From positions 138,350-202,349 of the forward strand of contig CAITYF010000029.1 of NCBI GenBank assembly GCA_903896545.1: a stretch of 64,000 nt of DNA, given 5' to 3'. The translations under genes and the position numbers were made by a program. The notes under the pieces are model-generated. The model worked only from the letters and a program-made list of their open reading frames with translations, made no database searches and was not told the DNA's origin. The stretch's first letter is position 1. Every line of letters begins with the position of its first letter. Shown here piece after piece: positions 46,059 to 57,227 of this stretch. The stretch comes from an uncultured Myxococcales bacterium (GTDB lineage: Bacteria; Myxococcota_A; UBA9042).

Positions 46059-46520
46059 ATGGCGCACAGCATCATCTCCGAATTCGAAGCGCGCCGCGTG
46101 GAGCGCTTCCTGCGTGAACTCTACGCCGGCAAGTTGCGCCGCGACGAGTCGCTCGGCGTGTCCGGAACGCTCGACGGTCAGTGGCTGTCGATCCGCTGGG
46201 AACTGCGCAACGCCTTGGCGACTTTGGACTACGGCGTGGACGCACGCGTGGACGTCAAGCTCAACAAGTTGCGCGAGCGCGAGGCGGTCGACCTGCTCTA
46301 CGACCTGTTGGGCGCGCAGTTCGATGAATTCCTGCAGACGCGCGACCCGTTTACCGGCAGCAATTTTGAGATGGTCGAGTTCGCCGGCAAGCAGGTTTGG
46401 CTGCGTGGGCAAATCGTGAATCAGGACGCTGAGGCGCGAGGCAGCGCGATTCTGGACGACGACGCAGTGCAGCGGTCACGCGAACTCGCCGCCGAACCGA
46501 GTGAACCGGAAGACGCTTAG
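46059..46520 (+). CDS. hypothetical protein
   Basis: 153-aa ORF starting 3 nt after the previous stop, with an acidic C-terminus and no recognised domain. Confidence 0.4.
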   Translation: MAHSIISEFEARRVERFLRELYAGKLRRDESLGVSGTLDGQWLSIRWELRNALATLDYGVDARVDVKLNKLREREAVDLLYDLLGAQFDEFLQTRDPFTGSNFEMVEFAGKQVWLRGQIVNQDAEARGSAILDDDAVQRSRELAAEPSEPEDA

Positions 46521-46736
46521 AAGCGCGCGGACAGACAGCGATATTGGCGCGCACGACTGTGCCGTGACAATTCCCCGACCATTCTGAGCCGCCCCCACCT
46601 TGACCGTGTAGCGGGGGAGCGCAACACTACCGCCCCAAGCGGGCCTCTGGGCTCGTGTCACGCTGGCAGGCCGTGCCGGCGAAGCGCTCAAGGCAACACT
46701 GCCGTCCGATTCGTCAACCAACTAAGGACACACACC

Positions 46737-47726
46737 ATGACTACCCCGATTCGCGTCGCCGTTACCGGTGCTGCCGGCCAGATTGGCTACAGCCTCCTCT
46801 TTCGCTTGGCCTCCGGTGAGACGTTTGGCAACCGTCCCGTGATCCTGCACCTTCTCGACCTGCCGATTGCCGAAGCGCAAAAGAAGCTCGAAGGCGCTGC
46901 GATGGAAGTGGCCGACTGCGGCTTCAAGACGCTCGCCGGCATTGAGCTGTATGACGACCCGAAGAAGGCGTTTGCCGGCGTGAACTGGGCGCTGCTCGTC
47001 GGCTCCAAGCCGCGTGGTCCCGGCATGGCGCGTGCGGACCTGATCCGCGAAAACGGCCCGATCTTCGTCGGTCAGGGCAACGCGCTGGAAGGCGGCGCGA
47101 GCGATTTGCGCGTGCTTGTCGTCGGCAATCCGTGCAATACGAACTGCCTCATCGCGGCGTCCAACGCCGGCAGCGTGCCCAAGGAGCGCTTCTTCGCCAT
47201 GACGCGTCTGGACGAGAACCGTGCCGTTGCGCAGCTCGCCGCCAAGGCCGGCGTGACCAACGCGGACATCGCCAACGTCACCGTGTTCGGCAACCACTCC
47301 GAGTCGATGTACCCAGACTTTGAGAACGCCAAGATCAAGGGCAAGCCGCTCACCTCGGTCATCACCGACGCCGCGTGGCTGCAGGGCGACTTCGTGGCGG
47401 CCGTTCAGAACCGCGGCAAGGCGATCATCGCCGCCCGCGGCGCGTCGTCTGCGGCTTCAGCCGCGTCCGCCGCCATCGACCACGTCAAGGACCTGGAAAA
47501 CGCCACCAAGAAGGGCGAGTGGTTCTCCGCCGCCATTTGGTCGGAGGGCAGCTACGGTTCGCCCAAGGGCATCTACACGTCGCTCCCCGTCATCTCGGAC
47601 GGCAAGGGCGGCTACAGCGTGGTGCAGGGTCTGGAACTGAGCGACTGGGCCAAGGGCAAAGTCAAAGCGACCAACGATGAGTTGCTCGCCGAGCGCGAAG
47701 TCGTCAAGGATCTGCTCAAGGCGTAA
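46737..47726 (+). CDS. mdh: malate dehydrogenase (NAD-dependent, LDH-like family)
   Basis: AAGGA RBS. N-terminal VAVTGAAGQIGYSLLFRLASG (NAD-binding) and catalytic-region motifs are present. Length is 329 aa. Confidence 0.9.
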   Translation: MTTPIRVAVTGAAGQIGYSLLFRLASGETFGNRPVILHLLDLPIAEAQKKLEGAAMEVADCGFKTLAGIELYDDPKKAFAGVNWALLVGSKPRGPGMARADLIRENGPIFVGQGNALEGGASDLRVLVVGNPCNTNCLIAASNAGSVPKERFFAMTRLDENRAVAQLAAKAGVTNADIANVTVFGNHSESMYPDFENAKIKGKPLTSVITDAAWLQGDFVAAVQNRGKAIIAARGASSAASAASAAIDHVKDLENATKKGEWFSAAIWSEGSYGSPKGIYTSLPVISDGKGGYSVVQGLELSDWAKGKVKATNDELLAEREVVKDLLKA

Positions 47727-47857
47727 ATCGCCGGAAAGCAAGGGAAAGCGCGCTGCTGTCCCACCTTCCACTCGTCCGCGGGCGGGAGGTGGGCAACAGC
47801 AAGCGCAAGCGGTGCGGGCGCGGCCAAGAGGGCCGCAGCGGAAACGAGGAGAAACCG

Positions 47858-48625
47858 ATGGAAGATGGAATCAGCCCACCGGCGCCAGGAGTCGGCAAGG
47901 TCGTCTCGCGCGTGCACGGGTCCACAATCGGCCAGAAGGCGGTGATGGCGGTTTCCGGCATCCTGCTGATCGCCTTCTCGTTTGGCCACATGGTCGGCCA
48001 CTTGCAGATGTTCCTGGGCGCCGAGAAGTACAACGCGTACGCGCACTTCCTGCAGTCCATGGGCCCCATCAAGTGGGCGATCCGCTTTGGCCTCTTGGGC
48101 TTGGCTGGCTTGCACATCTTCTCCGCGGCGCAGCTGACGATGCGCAACAACGCAGCGCGGCCGATCGCTTACGCCAACAACAAGTGGCTCGCGGCGTCTC
48201 TGGGCGCCAAAACCATGCGCGTGTCGGGCGGCATCGTGCTGTTCTTCATCCTGTACCACCTCCTGCACTTCACGGTGCTGCTGGTCGGCACCGCGGGCTT
48301 CTCGGGCGAGAATACGTTCCCTCTGAGCCAGACCAGGCTTCTCAACGGCGTCGCAGTCCCAGTGTTCGTCGACAACGTCTTCCAGCGCATGGTGGTCAGC
48401 TTCCAGAATCCGGCGCTGGCGCTGGGCTACGTGGCAGGCGTTGGGCTCCTGAGTCTGCACCTGTCGCACGGCATCCAAAGTGCGTTGCAAACGCTCGGTG
48501 CGCTCAATTCGACGTACCGGCCGTTTTTCAAGAAGGTTGGCCCCGCGCTCGCAGGCCTCCTGTTCGCTGGTTTTGCGGTCGTCCCGCTCGCCGTTCTGGC
48601 GCACGTCATCGACCTTCCTAAGTAA
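47858..48625 (+). CDS. sdhC: succinate dehydrogenase/fumarate reductase cytochrome b subunit (b558-type)
   Basis: GAGGAG RBS before ATG 47858. Five TM segments with conserved His residues (FSFGHMVGHL, LHIFSAAQL, YHLLHF, HLSHGIQS). It sits upstream of sdhA/sdhB. Confidence 0.75.
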   Translation: MEDGISPPAPGVGKVVSRVHGSTIGQKAVMAVSGILLIAFSFGHMVGHLQMFLGAEKYNAYAHFLQSMGPIKWAIRFGLLGLAGLHIFSAAQLTMRNNAARPIAYANNKWLAASLGAKTMRVSGGIVLFFILYHLLHFTVLLVGTAGFSGENTFPLSQTRLLNGVAVPVFVDNVFQRMVVSFQNPALALGYVAGVGLLSLHLSHGIQSALQTLGALNSTYRPFFKKVGPALAGLLFAGFAVVPLAVLAHVIDLPK

Positions 48626-48683
48626 TCGGCGGCAGACGCGCCACACTCGTTCCTTGACTCGCTGACATACGGAGCTTCACGCC

Positions 48684-50606
<1,923 letters not shown>

Positions 50607-50636
50607 GCGCAGCACCTGAAGAATTCGGAGCAGAAC

Positions 50637-51389
50637 ATGAACCTGACCCTGAAAATCTGGCGGCAGAAAGACAAGGCGACGCCGGGCAAGTTTGAGACCT
50701 ACAAGGCCGACGACATCAGCCCAGACATGTCCTTTCTGGAGATGCTGGACGTGGTGAGTGAGCGCGCGCAGCAGAACGGTCAGGAGCCTTGTGCGTTTGA
50801 CCACGACTGTCGCGAAGGCATTTGTGGCATGTGCTCGCTCGTCATCAACGGCGTGCCGCACGGCCCAGAAGCCGCGACGACGACCTGCCAGTTGCACATG
50901 CGCAAGTTCAAAGACGGCGACGTCATCGTCATTGAGCCCTGGCGCGCTGCGGCGTTTCCGGTCCTGCGCGATCTGGTCGTCGACCGCTCTGCGTTTGACC
51001 GTATCCAACAAAAAGGCGGCTTCGTCTCGATCAACACGGGCGGCACGCCGGACGGCAACGCGCTTCCGATTTCCAAAAAGGAAGCTGACTTGGCGATGGA
51101 CGCAGCGTCCTGCATCGGCTGTGGCGCATGCGTTGCGGCGTGCAAGAACGCATCGGCGATGCTCTTTGTCGCCGCCAAGGTCAGTCAGTACGCGCACCTG
51201 CCGCAAGGTCAAGCCGAGCGTTCGCGCCGCGTGCTCGCGATGATGGAACAGCACGACGCCGAGGGCTTTGGCTCCTGCACGAACTTCGGCGAATGCGAAG
51301 CCGTGTGCCCCAAGGAAATCTCCGTCCGCGTGATTGCGGAGATGAACCGCGATTACTTGCGCGCGACGTTGGTTGGAACGGACGCTTAA
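50637..51389 (+). CDS. sdhB: succinate dehydrogenase iron-sulfur subunit
   Basis: 2Fe-2S region CREGICGMC plus two Cys clusters [11 protein letters not shown] and [12 protein letters not shown]. Length is 250 aa. Confidence 0.9.
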   Translation: MNLTLKIWRQKDKATPGKFETYKADDISPDMSFLEMLDVVSERAQQNGQEPCAFDHDCREGICGMCSLVINGVPHGPEAATTTCQLHMRKFKDGDVIVIEPWRAAAFPVLRDLVVDRSAFDRIQQKGGFVSINTGGTPDGNALPISKKEADLAMDAASCIGCGACVAACKNASAMLFVAAKVSQYAHLPQGQAERSRRVLAMMEQHDAEGFGSCTNFGECEAVCPKEISVRVIAEMNRDYLRATLVGTDA

Positions 51390-51469
51390 GCGCGGCCAAC
51401 GTTCGCCTCTCCTTCGCCGATCTGCTACACTGACGCGCGCCGCCGCTTTGGCCGCACTGTGTCACGCCC

Positions 51470-52045
51470 ATGAGCTCAAGCGCGTTTCGCTGCCAAGTCC
51501 GCCTCACACTGGCGGATCTCGATCGAGGCGTAGACGCGTCCCGCACGCTGGTCACCGCACAGCAACCCGACGAACCGGACGAGCACATTCTCTTGCGCTT
51601 TCTGGCGCAAGTCCTGTTCTTTGACGAGCAGTTGCGCGATTCGCCGGGCTGGATTGACGTGCACGAACCCGACGTGCGCGCCGACGATCTGACCGGGCAA
51701 CTGCAGCTGTGGATCGAGTGCCTCGCGCCGCCGATGAAGCGGCTCGAAAAGGCCTTGAGTCGCCACAAGAACGCTCGGTTCATCGCGCTGTTTGGCAATC
51801 CCGACGAGGCGGAGCAATTTCGCCAAAATGTCATCGGCGAGAAGCTACGCCACGTGGAACAGCTGGAGATTTGGACGGTGCCGCTGGAGTTCATGGTTGA
51901 GCTGGAGCGCCACGGCAACCGCAATATGACGTGGAACGCCACGATCACCGACCACACGTTGTACCTGGAATGCGACGGGGAAAACCTCGACTGCACCCCG
52001 GAAAAACTGCCGCCTGCGAACGCACGCCATGGAGTTGCCGCATGA
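51470..52045 (+). CDS. yaeQ: YaeQ-family protein
   Basis: 191 aa with the YaeQ-like layout (LTLADLDRGVDASRTLVTAQQPDEPDEHILLRFLAQVLF...WIECLAPP...). The stop overlaps the next gene's ATG (ATGA). Confidence 0.6.
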   Translation: MSSSAFRCQVRLTLADLDRGVDASRTLVTAQQPDEPDEHILLRFLAQVLFFDEQLRDSPGWIDVHEPDVRADDLTGQLQLWIECLAPPMKRLEKALSRHKNARFIALFGNPDEAEQFRQNVIGEKLRHVEQLEIWTVPLEFMVELERHGNRNMTWNATITDHTLYLECDGENLDCTPEKLPPANARHGVAA

Positions 52046-53250
52046 TTACGCCGCGGGACATCGCGCCAGAACACGAACAGCGGCTGATTGCGCACTTGGA
52101 AAACCGCGAGCAGGCGTACATTGAGAAGCTGCGCAAGCTGGTGGATCACAACAGCGGAATCGACAATCCAGAAGGTCGGCTGGCATGCCTGACCATCCTG
52201 GAACAGGGCTACAAACTCTTGGGATTTGCCTGCGAACGTGTCGAAAAACCGGGCGGCATGGTCCATCTGGTCGCGCGCCGTCCGGCGCTGGGCAAGAACG
52301 CCGCGAATGCGCCAAAAGTGCTGATTTTGGGCCATTTTGACACCGTTTACGATGCCAACACGTCATTCCTGAGCTTCACACGCGAAGGCCCGTACCTGCG
52401 CGGTCCAGGCGTAGGCGACATGAAAGGCGGACTGGTGGTCGCGCAGGCAGCGCTGGAAGCGATCAACTCGGTCGGCCAGTTGGGCGAATTCGACTGGCTG
52501 TGCGTGCACAACGCGGACGAAGAAGTGCAATCGCCAACGTCCCGCGCGTTGATCGAAGAATTGGCGGTCGGACGCGACTTCTGCCTCGACTTCGAGATCG
52601 GTCGGAAAACAGGCGCGGTCGTCCGATCGCGCGCGGGCGTAGGTCGCTACTTCGTCACCGTCCACGGCAAAGCCGCGCACGCGGGCATGGACCACGCAGA
52701 CGGCATCAACGCGATCGTCGGCATGGCCAGGATTGTTGAGCAACTCGCGGTGTTGGGCGATGCCAAGCGCGGCACGACCTTGAACGTGGGGACAATTCAC
52801 GGCGGGCAAAAACGCAACATCGTTCCGGACCTGTGCAAGATCGAGGTCGACGTCCGCGTGCTGACGACCGCCGAGGGCACCCGCATCGACAGCGAGGTGC
52901 GGCGCATCTGCGGCGACGCGCCGGTCAAAGGTGCGCGCGTCGACGTCATGGGCGGCATCGGCCGTCCGCCGTGGCAGCGCAACGCCGCGAGTGAGGCGCT
53001 GATTTTCCACTTTCAGCACATCGCCCGCGCTTTTGGCGTCATTCTGGGCGCGGAGGACACCGGCGGCGGTTCGGACGCCAACTTCACGGCAGCGATGGGG
53101 ATCGCGACGATCGACGGTCTGGGGCCGATTGGTGAAGGTCCGCACACGTTTGAGGAGCGGATCGAGGCGCATACCATCATCGAGCGCGCCAAGCTCGTGG
53201 CGCTCGCCGTTCTGACGTGGACGCGGCCCGATTCGGTCGAGTGGAACTGA
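52042..53250 (+). CDS. M20-family metallopeptidase (ArgE/DapE/CPG2-like)
   Basis: Metal-binding motifs HFDTV, GVGDMKGG and NADEE. Dimerisation-domain region TVHGKAAHAG. Length is 402 aa. Confidence 0.75.
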   Translation: MITPRDIAPEHEQRLIAHLENREQAYIEKLRKLVDHNSGIDNPEGRLACLTILEQGYKLLGFACERVEKPGGMVHLVARRPALGKNAANAPKVLILGHFDTVYDANTSFLSFTREGPYLRGPGVGDMKGGLVVAQAALEAINSVGQLGEFDWLCVHNADEEVQSPTSRALIEELAVGRDFCLDFEIGRKTGAVVRSRAGVGRYFVTVHGKAAHAGMDHADGINAIVGMARIVEQLAVLGDAKRGTTLNVGTIHGGQKRNIVPDLCKIEVDVRVLTTAEGTRIDSEVRRICGDAPVKGARVDVMGGIGRPPWQRNAASEALIFHFQHIARAFGVILGAEDTGGGSDANFTAAMGIATIDGLGPIGEGPHTFEERIEAHTIIERAKLVALAVLTWTRPDSVEWN

Positions 53251-53253
53251 CAG

Positions 53254-55836
53254 CTACGAGAGCGGCGGCCCAAACAGCGCGCTGTACAAGTCGTGCGAGA
53301 GCTCCCGCGCCGTGCTGTAACGCGCCGCAGCCTGCTTCGCCATCGCCTTTTCAATCACCGGCACAATCGCCGCGGGCAGCGACGGATTGAACATGCGCGG
53401 ATCCGGCACGGGCTCCACCGCGTGCGCCGCGAACACGTTGCCGTCCTGAAACGGCAGAACGCCCGTCACCAGCCTGAACACCATCACGCCAAGCGCGTAA
53501 ATGTCCGCGCGGTGGTCGACGCGACCGCCCATGAGCTGCTCTGGCGCCATGTAATGCGGCGTTCCAATCAGCACCGACTGCTCGCCAAAACCTTCGTCGG
53601 CCACGCGCGCCAGACCAAAATCGAACAACTTGACGACGCCATCGGCCGCCACCAACACGTTGTCCGGCTTGATGTCACGGTGCAGGATCTGCTGCGCGTG
53701 GGCATGGTCAAGCGCTTCGCAGAGCTGCGCGATGACCGCGTAGAAGAACTGCCAATCGCGGATCGGCTCGCGCACCGGGAGATACGCGGAAAGCGGCACG
53801 CCATCGACGTATTCCATCGCGTAGTACAGCACGTCATCGACCTTGCCGATGTCGTAAATGTGCACGATGTTCGGGTGATTCAGACTCGCCGCCAGCTTCA
53901 CTTCCCGCAGGAAATACTTGCGCGCCAGCTCGGTGGGCATCGCGGAGTGCGCGAGGAATTTCAGCACGACCAAACGATTGAGGTGCAAGTCCACGGCGCG
54001 GAACGCCACGCCGTTGCCACCCGTGCCGATGTGCTCCAGGTTGCCGTAGCGCTCAGCGAGGCCTGGCGGAATCATCTCCGGCCACTCGCCCTCAATTGGC
54101 CAAGTTTGCGCGTGCAGCAGCGGGCCAATCGCTTGGATTTCGCGCGCATACGCCACCGTGCTCTCGGTCATCACGCGCGGGACTTCCTGACCGGCGTCCA
54201 CCATTTCCATCGGCTTGCCGCCACGTGACTCGGCGATCTCCACGTGGCCGCGCGTCGGCGGTCGCGGCTTCGGCGCTGACGCCTTGGGCGCATACAGGTC
54301 CGCGGAAAAGACCACGTCCGCGTGCATCTCGTCAGTCTCGCGCGAGACAGCCGCCTTGTGGGCCGCGACGTCGTGATCGGTGTAGGAAGAGGTGTTCGTC
54401 GTCGTCGGTTCCGCGGCACGCGCCGGCTTGCGCGGCGGATTTGTCGCGACCAACGCGTGGTCGCCGGTGCTCACCTTGGCCAGAAACGAGCGACTCAAGC
54501 CGGACGTCGTGCGCGGTCCCGACCGCAGCGTCTGCGTCTTCTCACCCGCCGGCGACTGATCCGCGGACTTCTTGCGGGCCGACTTGGCGTCGAGCGAATT
54601 CGGCGCAGCGGGCGGCGCGGCGGGCGCGCTGTCAAATCCGCCAGACAGGCGTCGCATCACGGTATTGCGTGTCATGCGCTGGACGGGCTCAGGTTCTGGG
54701 ATGAATTCCGGGAAATAGTCGTCATCTGGCGGCGGTTCCAGACTCGCCGATTCGGGCGCGCTAAAGCCAAAATCGTCATTTTCCGGTTCGTACGGCGGCA
54801 CTTCCGCGGACACGCGAAACGACGCGGCGGGCACCGTTGTCTCGCGCACGGTCACGCTGGGCGACCGATCCGCCATCAGCCGCGCGATCGACACTTCAAT
54901 CGTCCGGGCGTCGTCGTCGTTTTCCTCTGGATCCGTGTTCTCTTCAGGCGCGGGCTCAGACGCGTCAAAATCCGACCAATCAAAGGCGGGATCGTCAAAC
55001 GCCCCGACGGAAATCGGCTTGCCCGGTTCACTCCGCTGCTCAGGCGTGGCGCCGCCTGCCAACTCGCGGGCCAGCACCGCAGCAAGCGCCACGGAAAGCT
55101 CAACCGTCTCCGCTTCGGTCTCGATCGGCGCACCGGCAGCCGAGGCGTCCATCGCCGTGTCGGCCCACGACTGGTCCGGTAGCTCGTCGCCAATCGCGAG
55201 GCCAGCAAACGGCGCGAGTTGCTCGTCGTGAAACCGCTGCGCGGCGACCTCTTGGGTCGGTGGATGGCCGGCGTCGTCGTCCGCGGTCGTGTCACGCACC
55301 CACGCTGCGTTGTAACTCGGCGCGTGGGGCTCGTCGCGATCGGCTTCCCAATCATCCACGAGTGCAACGACCTGAGCGACAGCAGGCTGGGGCGCCGGCG
55401 GAAGGACGATGCGCGCCGGCGGCTCCGGTTCATCGTCCAGAATCAGGTCGCCAAAGCGAAAGCGACCGCCCAGGCCGTCCGCGACGACGCGAAAACGCGG
55501 CAGGCGCAGCACATCGCGCAGCACCTGTTCAAGCGCCAAGCGGCTCGTCGGACAGACCGCCTCGCTCCATATCACGGAAAATCCGGGCTGACCGCCGCTT
55601 CCCCGCTGGACCAAGTAGCGCACTTTCGCGTGCAACATCACCGTCGGTCCGTCCGGTCCGTGCGGCTTCAATTCCACTTCAACCGGCGCGTTCAACGCGA
55701 CTTCCGTGCGCGTCGCCAAGAACGCGCCACCCGCGCTGACGTTGGTGCAGACGACCTCAAACGACGCCATGGACGTATGCGCCATCGCGACGAGCAAAAT
55801 CGGGAAACGCGGGTGTTGTCGTCGATCGTCGTACAT
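53254..55836 (-). CDS. PilZ-domain / Ser-Thr protein kinase fusion with a roughly 450-aa disordered acidic/Pro-rich linker
   Basis: N-terminal PilZ signature (RRQHPRFPI...VCTNVSAGGAFL). The C-terminal Hanks kinase has IGTGGNGVAF (G-loop), VLK, HRDIKPDNVL, DFGLA and GTPHYMAPE. Start chosen at Met 55836; the ORF opens at 55956. Confidence 0.8.
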   Translation of the reverse strand: MYDDRRQHPRFPILLVAMAHTSMASFEVVCTNVSAGGAFLATRTEVALNAPVEVELKPHGPDGPTVMLHAKVRYLVQRGSGGQPGFSVIWSEAVCPTSRLALEQVLRDVLRLPRFRVVADGLGGRFRFGDLILDDEPEPPARIVLPPAPQPAVAQVVALVDDWEADRDEPHAPSYNAAWVRDTTADDDAGHPPTQEVAAQRFHDEQLAPFAGLAIGDELPDQSWADTAMDASAAGAPIETEAETVELSVALAAVLARELAGGATPEQRSEPGKPISVGAFDDPAFDWSDFDASEPAPEENTDPEENDDDARTIEVSIARLMADRSPSVTVRETTVPAASFRVSAEVPPYEPENDDFGFSAPESASLEPPPDDDYFPEFIPEPEPVQRMTRNTVMRRLSGGFDSAPAAPPAAPNSLDAKSARKKSADQSPAGEKTQTLRSGPRTTSGLSRSFLAKVSTGDHALVATNPPRKPARAAEPTTTNTSSYTDHDVAAHKAAVSRETDEMHADVVFSADLYAPKASAPKPRPPTRGHVEIAESRGGKPMEMVDAGQEVPRVMTESTVAYAREIQAIGPLLHAQTWPIEGEWPEMIPPGLAERYGNLEHIGTGGNGVAFRAVDLHLNRLVVLKFLAHSAMPTELARKYFLREVKLAASLNHPNIVHIYDIGKVDDVLYYAMEYVDGVPLSAYLPVREPIRDWQFFYAVIAQLCEALDHAHAQQILHRDIKPDNVLVAADGVVKLFDFGLARVADEGFGEQSVLIGTPHYMAPEQLMGGRVDHRADIYALGVMVFRLVTGVLPFQDGNVFAAHAVEPVPDPRMFNPSLPAAIVPVIEKAMAKQAAARYSTARELSHDLYSALFGPPLS

Positions 55837-56009
55837 TGCGATCAGGTCCTCACGGCAAAACGCCAAACGCGGCGCGCGTCCAAACCAAAGCGATTGTGCC
55901 GCTAGGTCGCGTGCGAAACAACCCCACTCTTCTACCCGCCGCACATTTCCTCGCACGGACCGTTGACCCTACCGTCCGTCCGGGTAACGCTTGCCGCGGA
56001 GGAGGGGCT

Positions 56010-57062
56010 TTGGCGCTACATCGATTCTCAGCTATCCGCGGACATCGCGCGCAAATTGGCGCTCTGGAACGCCTCGTGCTGCGAGGTACGCCGGGACATG
56101 CCTACCTTTTTGAAGGTCCGGAAGGCGTAGGCAAGGACGTCGTTGCGCAGGCACTTCTCGCGCGCCTTGCGTGCACAAGCCCGGATCCGGCGACCGCCGA
56201 ACCGTGTGGACATTGCCCGTCTTGTGCGGCTTTTGCCCGCGGCGAACATCCCGACGTGACGCGCCTGGAGCGCGACGGGGCCACGATCAAGATCGATCAG
56301 GTTCGCAACGCGTTGAAGCGGCTACGCTACGAGCCCGTGGTTGGCTCAATCAAGGGACTGATCGTCGAGTCTGCAGAGCTGCTGCGCGAAGAAGCTGCCA
56401 ACGCGATGCTGAAGACGCTGGAGGAGCCGTCGGGACAGACCGTTTTCATCCTTGTGACTTCCAAGCCCCAGTTGCTTTTGGACACGATCCGCTCGCGCTG
56501 CCAAGTGCTGCGTTTTGCCCCGCTTTCGCCCGACGACGTTGCAGCCCTGCTGGTCGCGGAAGGGCACGCGGCGGAAATGGCCGGGCCAGCATCGGCGCTG
56601 GCGGAAGGGTCGATGACGCTGGGGCGGACCCTCTGTGACGCGGCACGCATGGCTTTTGTCGATCACGTCGCTGAGTACGCGCTGCGGCTGGGTCTGGAAG
56701 CGCCGAGTGAAGCCGCGGCGTTTGTGGAAGGTCTGGGCGGTCGGCTGATCGGCATCCGGCCGGATGAAGGCGACGCCAAGGGCAAAGACCTCGTGCGCGC
56801 TGACTTGCCGTGGATTTTGGAGATTCTGCGCAGCGTCTGGCGAGACGCACTGATGGTCGCGACCGGCATGCCCGCGGAATCCCTGCCCCACGCCCGCTCT
56901 GCCACCGGGCTGCGGGCGCTTGCGGCACGCGTGGAGCCCGGTAAGTTGGTCGCTGCGATCGACGCAACGCAACGATTGGAAGACAAACTGGTGCTCAATC
57001 CAAATCCAAAGCTCGCGATGACAGCGGTTTTGGTTGAAGCGGCCGTGCATTTGCGCGCTTGA
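56010..57062 (+). CDS. holB: DNA polymerase III delta' subunit
   Basis: RGH...HAYLFEGPEGVGKDV (Walker A-like), Zn module CGHCPSCAAF, and sensor SRCQVLRF. The TTG start at 56010 is uncertain. The stop at 57062 was verified. Confidence 0.7.
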   Translation: MALHRFSAIRGHRAQIGALERLVLRGTPGHAYLFEGPEGVGKDVVAQALLARLACTSPDPATAEPCGHCPSCAAFARGEHPDVTRLERDGATIKIDQVRNALKRLRYEPVVGSIKGLIVESAELLREEAANAMLKTLEEPSGQTVFILVTSKPQLLLDTIRSRCQVLRFAPLSPDDVAALLVAEGHAAEMAGPASALAEGSMTLGRTLCDAARMAFVDHVAEYALRLGLEAPSEAAAFVEGLGGRLIGIRPDEGDAKGKDLVRADLPWILEILRSVWRDALMVATGMPAESLPHARSATGLRALAARVEPGKLVAAIDATQRLEDKLVLNPNPKLAMTAVLVEAAVHLRA

Positions 57063-57149
57063 GTTCCAGTGACAGGACGAACGCACAAGTCCGCCCCTAC
57101 AATTCCACACGTCTGGGTCTCTTGCTTCTGCAGAGATAGTGCTATGATC

Positions 57150-57195
57150 CCGGTGGGGAGCTAGGCGCCGCGTTTGCGGTCTGGCGTATAATTCC
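57150..57195 (+). promoter_or_regulatory. candidate promoter: perfect TATAAT (57187-57192) about 36 nt upstream of the 57228 start
   Basis: ggcgTATAATtcc read directly. No convincing -35 element. GGGGAG RBS lies 6 nt before GTG 57228. Confidence 0.3.
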
Positions 57196-57227
57196 GCCGC
57201 AGCAATGCGGCAGATTGGGGAGTTGTC

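Noticed and set aside
47727-47857. Possible terminator hairpin CCCACCTTCC...GGGAGGTGGG after mdh
   Set aside because: An imperfect stem with no T-tract. mdh-sdhCAB may be co-transcribed, so this is weak evidence.
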